Both the position numbers and the translations under genes were made by a program. The notes beneath the pieces are model-generated. The model saw only the letters and a list, made by a program, of their open reading frames with translations. It did not search any database and had not been told where the DNA came from. DNA of 20,577 nucleotides. It comes from an uncultured bacterium. Lineage in GTDB: Bacteria; Hydrogenedentota; Hydrogenedentia; Hydrogenedentales; JAEUWI01. Of this stretch, positions 15,606-20,577 are shown piece after piece (the first letter of the stretch is position 1; every line of letters begins with the position of its first letter). The stretch is taken from assembly GCA_963977445.1 (NCBI GenBank), contig CAXBPH010000112.1, forward strand, positions 1-20,577, given 5' to 3'.

Positions 15606-17231
15606 ATGATACGTCTTTCCAATCTTGTTCTTCCCCTGGATCACAGTGACACCGACCTGATGGCGGCCATGGCGAGTCGCCTGGCTGTCGGAACCGACCA
15701 AATCCAGGATTTTACCGTCTTCCGGCGCAACGTGGATGCCCGTAAAAAGACAAATATCGCGTTGAACTACACCATCGATGTCACGGTGACGGATGAGGAC
15801 GCCATACTCGGGAAGACGGCCCATGCCCAGAATGTATCCCCCTCGCCCGACACGCGCTATCAACTGGTAGCCGAGGCCGACCCGACCAAAGAGTATGCCC
15901 GCCCGGTAGTGGTGGGTATTGGGCCCTGCGGCATGTTTGCCGGCCTCCTCCTCGCCCAGATGGGATTGCGCCCCATCATCATCGAACGGGGCAAGAAAGC
16001 TCGGGCACGTTCCAAGGATGTTTTCCATTTCTGGAAGACGGGTGAGCTCAACGAACGCTCCAACGTGCAATTTGGCGAAGGCGGCGCAGGCACCTTTTCG
16101 GACGGCAAGCTCACCACCCGCATCAAAGACAAGAAAAATCGCATGCGCAAGGTACTCCAGGAATTGGTCAAGGCGGGCGCACCCGAAGAAATCCTGTGGA
16201 TCGGCAAGCCCCATATCGGAACCTATAAATTAATCCGCGTCGTTCGGAGCCTTCGGGCCGCCATTGATGCGCTGGGGGGCGAAACCCGCTTTGAAACCCA
16301 GGTGACTGACCTCCTCACCGAAGGCGACAAGGTCGTCGGTGTTCAACTCGATTCGGGCGAAGTGATAAAGACTTCTGCCGTCGTCATGGCCGTGGGTCAC
16401 AGTGCCCGGGACACCTTTTCCATGCTCTATGAGCGGGGCGTCGCCATCGAACAGAAACCCTTCGCCATCGGCGCCCGGGTGGAACACCCCCAGGACCTCG
16501 TGGACGTCGCCCAGTTTGGCACCTTCGCAGGCCACCCCCGTGTGGGCAAGGGCGACTATAAACTCGTCCATCATTGCCGCAACGGTCGTACCGCCTACAG
16601 CTTCTGCATGTGCCCCGGTGGCCAGGTCATCGCCGCCGCCTCCGAGCCGGGTCGGGTGGTGACCAATGGCATGAGCTATTACTCCCGGGAGGAGGCCAAC
16701 GCCAACAGCGGATTGGTCGTCGATGTGCGCCCCGAAGATTTTGGCAGCGACCATCCCCTGGCGGGCGTGGAATTCCAGCGCCACTGGGAAGAACTGGCTT
16801 TCGCTGCGGGTGGCTCCAACTATCATGCCCCCGGACAGCTGATTAAGGACTTTCTCAAGGGACAAGCCTCTACCGAACTGGGCAGCGTGAAGCCCTCGTA
16901 TACGCCGGGTGTCAATCCGTGCAATCTGGATACCTGTCTGCCCCCCTATGTGATCGAGGCCATGCGCGAAGCAATTGGTGTATTTGACCGAAAGCTACGG
17001 GGCTTTGCCTTGGGCGATGCCGTGCTGACGGGCGTCGAAACCCGCAGTTCCTCCCCCATCCGCATGACCCGGGGAGACGACTTTGAGTCCGCCAATTTCG
17101 CGGGACTCTACCCCGCTGGTGAAGGTGCCGGATTTGCCGGGGGCATTATGTCCGCCGCCGTTGACGGCATCAAAGTCGCCGAGGCGGTCGCCCTGAAGCT
17201 GGTGGGCCCCCGCGCCGAAACCCACGTCTAA
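15606..17231 (+). CDS. Uncharacterised FAD-dependent dehydrogenase (COG2509)
   Basis: Likely start MIRLSNL at 15606; VVGIGPCG, NVQFGEGGAGTFSDGKL, PHIGT, FCMCPGG, VVTNGMS, ETRSSSP, GEGAGFAGGIMSAAVDG. Confidence 0.9.
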   Translation: MIRLSNLVLPLDHSDTDLMAAMASRLAVGTDQIQDFTVFRRNVDARKKTNIALNYTIDVTVTDEDAILGKTAHAQNVSPSPDTRYQLVAEADPTKEYARPVVVGIGPCGMFAGLLLAQMGLRPIIIERGKKARARSKDVFHFWKTGELNERSNVQFGEGGAGTFSDGKLTTRIKDKKNRMRKVLQELVKAGAPEEILWIGKPHIGTYKLIRVVRSLRAAIDALGGETRFETQVTDLLTEGDKVVGVQLDSGEVIKTSAVVMAVGHSARDTFSMLYERGVAIEQKPFAIGARVEHPQDLVDVAQFGTFAGHPRVGKGDYKLVHHCRNGRTAYSFCMCPGGQVIAAASEPGRVVTNGMSYYSREEANANSGLVVDVRPEDFGSDHPLAGVEFQRHWEELAFAAGGSNYHAPGQLIKDFLKGQASTELGSVKPSYTPGVNPCNLDTCLPPYVIEAMREAIGVFDRKLRGFALGDAVLTGVETRSSSPIRMTRGDDFESANFAGLYPAGEGAGFAGGIMSAAVDGIKVAEAVALKLVGPRAETHV

Positions 17232-17254
17232 AACACGGCCCTGAAAGCGTTCTC

Positions 17255-18298
17255 ATGATTACACGTCGTACCTTCCTCGCCACCGCCGCAACAGGAATCG
17301 CCGGGGCTTCCGCGCTTGTGCATGCCGAAACAGCCCCCAAATTGCGGTGTGCCCCCGTCATCGCCGGGAACCTCTGGTGGTATCACCCCGATTCCTATGC
17401 GCTCGACGTGTGGCGGACCATGCTCCTCGAACAGAAGAAACTCGGATTCGACCTCCTCTGGTTGAGCAATGTGACCTCAGCGCTGGATACGGATGAACAT
17501 ACCGCCAAACTGCGCGCCTTGATGGACCACTGTGCGGAACTGGGCTTTCAGGTCATTCTGGATATGGGCTCCACCCCCAACTGGTTCGGCCACCGGGATC
17601 TGGATCGCGAGATGGCCCACTGCGGCGGAACCGTCGACAAAATAGGCGCGCTGTTTGGCGAGCACCCGGCCTTTTTCGGGTGGTATATCCCCCATGAAAT
17701 CTATATGGCCTGGGATGATTTTGCGGTCTACATCGACCAGCTTTACCCCGCCCTGGTCAAGCGGGCAAAATCGGCGGCGGATAAACCCGTTACCCTCTCC
17801 CCCTTCTTCATCCTGGACCGGGACCAAATCTTCGGCACCTTCCGCTACAACGAGTCCGACGAATACGGGGCCTATTGGGAGCACCTGATTCGAAAGAGTG
17901 GCATCGACATCGTTATGCTCCAAGACAGTGGTGAACACTTCTCCTACGTCACCAACGACATGCGTCGTCCTTTCTTTGAGGCCATGCACGGCGCGTGTAA
18001 ATCCGCCGGTGCGACCCTCTGGGGCAATGTGGAGTGCGCCGAGTTTCTCTGCGAAAGTCCAGAGAAGTATGTGGAGTTATACGGCAAGATTCACCACGCC
18101 GCCGTCAAAGACGCCCCCTGGCGCATCGTCCCTATGGACCGCATGGAAGAAAAGCTTCGACTCGCTGCGGAATTCAGTGAGCGCATCGTGACGTGGGGCT
18201 ACCAGCAATTTGGAACCCCCTCCCTGGGGGAATCCGCACGGGCATGGAATCAGGAATACGGTGCATACAACCAACGAACCCGCCATACAACGATTTAA
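17255..18298 (+). CDS. Tat-exported DUF4434-like glycoside-hydrolase-type TIM barrel protein
   Basis: Twin-arginine TRRTFL signal; F.GWYIPHEI, SPFF, MLQDSG, LWGNVE motifs. Confidence 0.75.
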   Translation: MITRRTFLATAATGIAGASALVHAETAPKLRCAPVIAGNLWWYHPDSYALDVWRTMLLEQKKLGFDLLWLSNVTSALDTDEHTAKLRALMDHCAELGFQVILDMGSTPNWFGHRDLDREMAHCGGTVDKIGALFGEHPAFFGWYIPHEIYMAWDDFAVYIDQLYPALVKRAKSAADKPVTLSPFFILDRDQIFGTFRYNESDEYGAYWEHLIRKSGIDIVMLQDSGEHFSYVTNDMRRPFFEAMHGACKSAGATLWGNVECAEFLCESPEKYVELYGKIHHAAVKDAPWRIVPMDRMEEKLRLAAEFSERIVTWGYQQFGTPSLGESARAWNQEYGAYNQRTRHTTI

Positions 18299-18454
18299 GG
18301 AGTTCGTTGCGGTCACGGGTGCCCCTGGAGCCTCATCAGGCTGAATGTGGCGAAGCCGCCCGGGCGGCTGTTGCGCTTTCCGCCACGTGTGTATTAAGGT
18401 TAGCGGCATTCTACCCCACCTTAGCGCAGAGAACCCATCGGAGACCTATCTAAA

Positions 18455-19315
18455 ATGCGAAAACTCCTCTATCTTTCAACCCTCGCCCTGCTTGCTACCT
18501 CCTTCAGTTGTCTGGCGTCCGATTTTGAGACGCCGGTTGTCAAACGCTGGACCAAAATGGAAAAAAATGACGACGGCGAAATGAAGGAAGTGAAATACAT
18601 GACCATTGATGGCATCATGGTCCATGAAGAAGACCCGAAGATTCAGCCCCAACCTCCCGTCGTGACTCCGGGCCCCGCACAGGTAGGTGACTTCATCACC
18701 GCCGCGCCGTCAGATGCTATCGTCCTTTTCGACGGCTCCAATCTGGACCAGTGGACCTCAACCGAAGGCAAGCCCACCAAGTGGATTCTTAAAGACGGCG
18801 CCATGCAGCCCACACCGGACTCGGGGTATATTCAGTCCAAACAGGAATTCGGCTCGGTCCAGCTTCATGTCGAGTTCGCCACCCCAGTCAACGTCGAAGG
18901 AGACGGACAGGGTCGGGGCAACAGCGGGGTATTCCTCATGGGTGAATACGAGGTGCAGGTGTTGGACTGCTACAACAACACGACCTATCCCGACGGACAG
19001 TGTGCTGCCCTCTACGGCCGTATGAAGCCCCTCGCGAATGCCTGTCGCAAGCCCGGCGAATGGCAGAGCTATGACATCGTGTTTCACCGTCCAATCTTTG
19101 AAGGCGACAAGGTCGTAAAACGGGCCACCTTCACCGTCGTGCACAACGGCGTCCTCGTGCAAGACCACGTAGCGCTTACAGGCGGCACCGGTTGGGAAGG
19201 GGGCAACTCCATCAGTGAATATGTCCCCCACGGCGACAAAGGCCCTATCAAGCTCCAGGACCACGGCAACCCCGTCCTGTTTCGCAACGTATGGGTTCGT
19301 GAATTGAACGACTGA
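18455..19315 (+). CDS. Secreted DUF1080 (3-keto-disaccharide hydrolase/hydratase family) protein
   Basis: Signal peptide; LFDGSNL, LHVEF, GNSGVF, YEVQVLD, GEWQSYDI, GPIKLQDHGNPVLFRNVW. Confidence 0.92.
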   Translation: MRKLLYLSTLALLATSFSCLASDFETPVVKRWTKMEKNDDGEMKEVKYMTIDGIMVHEEDPKIQPQPPVVTPGPAQVGDFITAAPSDAIVLFDGSNLDQWTSTEGKPTKWILKDGAMQPTPDSGYIQSKQEFGSVQLHVEFATPVNVEGDGQGRGNSGVFLMGEYEVQVLDCYNNTTYPDGQCAALYGRMKPLANACRKPGEWQSYDIVFHRPIFEGDKVVKRATFTVVHNGVLVQDHVALTGGTGWEGGNSISEYVPHGDKGPIKLQDHGNPVLFRNVWVRELND

Positions 19316-19349
19316 GCCGTCTGCGTTACCATCCAGCAAAGAATTCCCA

Positions 19350-19389
19350 AAGCCCGACACGCCCCTACCGCCGTGTCGGGCTTCTCTAT
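19350..19389 (+). terminator. Hairpin/terminator between DUF1080 and aldolase genes
   Basis: Perfect 12-bp stem AAGCCCGACACG/CGTGTCGGGCTT, 10-nt loop, weak U-tract (CTCTAT). Confidence 0.6.
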
Positions 19390-19430
19390 CCCTTACGACT
19401 ACGACGACGAAACCTTCAGGAGATTCCCCG

Positions 19431-20282
19431 ATGACCGGCGAAACTATCAAACATAAATTGCACCAGGGCGAACGGGTCTATGGCACCCACATCGCCAGCC
19501 TGATGAATCCCCTCGCGGCGGCCATCGCCACGGGACTGGAACTCGACTTCGCCTTCATCTGCACGGAACACATGCCAGTCGACCGCACAGAAGTCGCCAT
19601 GATGTGCCAGTTTTACAAAGCCCATGGCATCTCCCCCATCGTGCGTGTTCCTGATCCCAACCCGACCGCAATCTGTATGGCCACCGACGGAGGCGCGGAA
19701 GGTATCGTAGTACCCTATGTGGAGACGCTGGAGGAAGTAAAACGCATCGTGGCCGCCGTTAAGCACCGCCCGATAAAGGGCAAACTCCGTGACGACGTCC
19801 TGGCCGGGCGGGCAGCATATCCCGAGAAGACCCGCGCCTTTCTCGAAACATTCAACACCCACAACTATGTCATTATCGGCGTGGAAAGCGTTACCGCCAT
19901 CGAGAACCTCGAGACGCTCATCGTGGGCACCGGCGTGGATGGCGTCTTTCTCGGCCCCCACGACATCACGACCTCCATGGGTATTCCTGAAGAATATGAC
20001 AACCCCCTGTTCATCGATGCCATTGTGGATGTAATCACCCGGTGCCGGACAAACCAGGTGGGTGTGGGACTCCACTTCAAGTTGCTCCATCTTGGCGATG
20101 AGGTGTTAACACGCATGCTGGACGCGGGCATGAACTGGATCATCAATGGGGCCGATGTCACCATCATGCGCGACGCTATGAATGAGCAATTGGGTAAGAT
20201 TCGCTCCCTGGCTGGTGACGCGCCCTACGGGAAAGCTGAGACCACGGCCACCGAGCGTACCGACAAATCGTGCATTGAATAG
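19431..20282 (+). CDS. HpcH/HpaI family class II pyruvate aldolase
   Basis: AGGAG RBS; EH (TEHMP), VRVP, DGGAEGIVVPYVET, metal-binding E (GVES) and D (FLGPHD). Confidence 0.88.
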   Translation: MTGETIKHKLHQGERVYGTHIASLMNPLAAAIATGLELDFAFICTEHMPVDRTEVAMMCQFYKAHGISPIVRVPDPNPTAICMATDGGAEGIVVPYVETLEEVKRIVAAVKHRPIKGKLRDDVLAGRAAYPEKTRAFLETFNTHNYVIIGVESVTAIENLETLIVGTGVDGVFLGPHDITTSMGIPEEYDNPLFIDAIVDVITRCRTNQVGVGLHFKLLHLGDEVLTRMLDAGMNWIINGADVTIMRDAMNEQLGKIRSLAGDAPYGKAETTATERTDKSCIE

Positions 20283-20502
20283 GTGCCAAGTTGACGATAT
20301 GTCGACGTCTTAAAAGCAACGTGCCTTCGGCCCGGGGCAGGCGGGCCGCCCACCTTAGGCGCGTCCAAGACCTGCGCTCCAAATGGTCACAGGCTGCGTT
20401 AAGCGACAGTGGCCAAGCCAACGGTACGTTGGCCATTTGGAGGCGCTTGTGTACGCTGCCGAGACTATCGAGCTGAAATTGATCGAGATCTACCTTCGAA
20501 TA

Positions 20503-20577
20503 TTTAGCAACCACCGGCAGAGCCAGGGGTATGAGGAAAGCCCCTGAAAGGGGCTGTTAAGTCCACGAAGTGGGCGA
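20503..20577 (-). mobile_element. Probable IS200/IS605-family subterminal end (element continues beyond the window)
   Basis: Tandem hairpins ACCACCGGC-AGA-GCCAGGGGT (imperfect, 20510-20530) and AGCCCCT-GAA-AGGGGCT (20539-20555), resembling the ends seen downstream of IS200-type tnpA; no ORF visible here. Confidence 0.5.

Overview
Moderately GC-rich bacterial window, probably bounded by mobile elements: the 3' part of an IS630 at the left edge and a probable IS200/IS605-type subterminal end at the right. The gene content resembles PVC-group or similar environmental lineages (inference only). Housekeeping genes are rlmN, rpmB (L28), recQ and two divergent flavoproteins (HI0933/YhiN-RdsA family and COG2509). 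Exported proteins include a lipoprotein, an SGNH hydrolase, a PQQ-like beta-propeller, a ThuA-like protein, a Tat-exported DUF4434 protein and DUF1080, and there is also a cytoplasmic HpcH/HpaI aldolase. The most notable feature is a ~1150-aa secreted fusion (degenerate SGNH + PVC-type dehydrogenase propeller + HEAT-like + type-1 copper azurin + c-type cytochrome), apparently co-transcribed with the ThuA-like gene. It may be a self-contained periplasmic sugar-oxidising electron wire for a 3-ketoglycoside pathway. Intergenic DNA carries dispersed REP-like palindromes and a duplicated 32-39 bp hairpin that brackets a small M50-like peptidase gene. All calls are from manual motif recognition; no searches were run.
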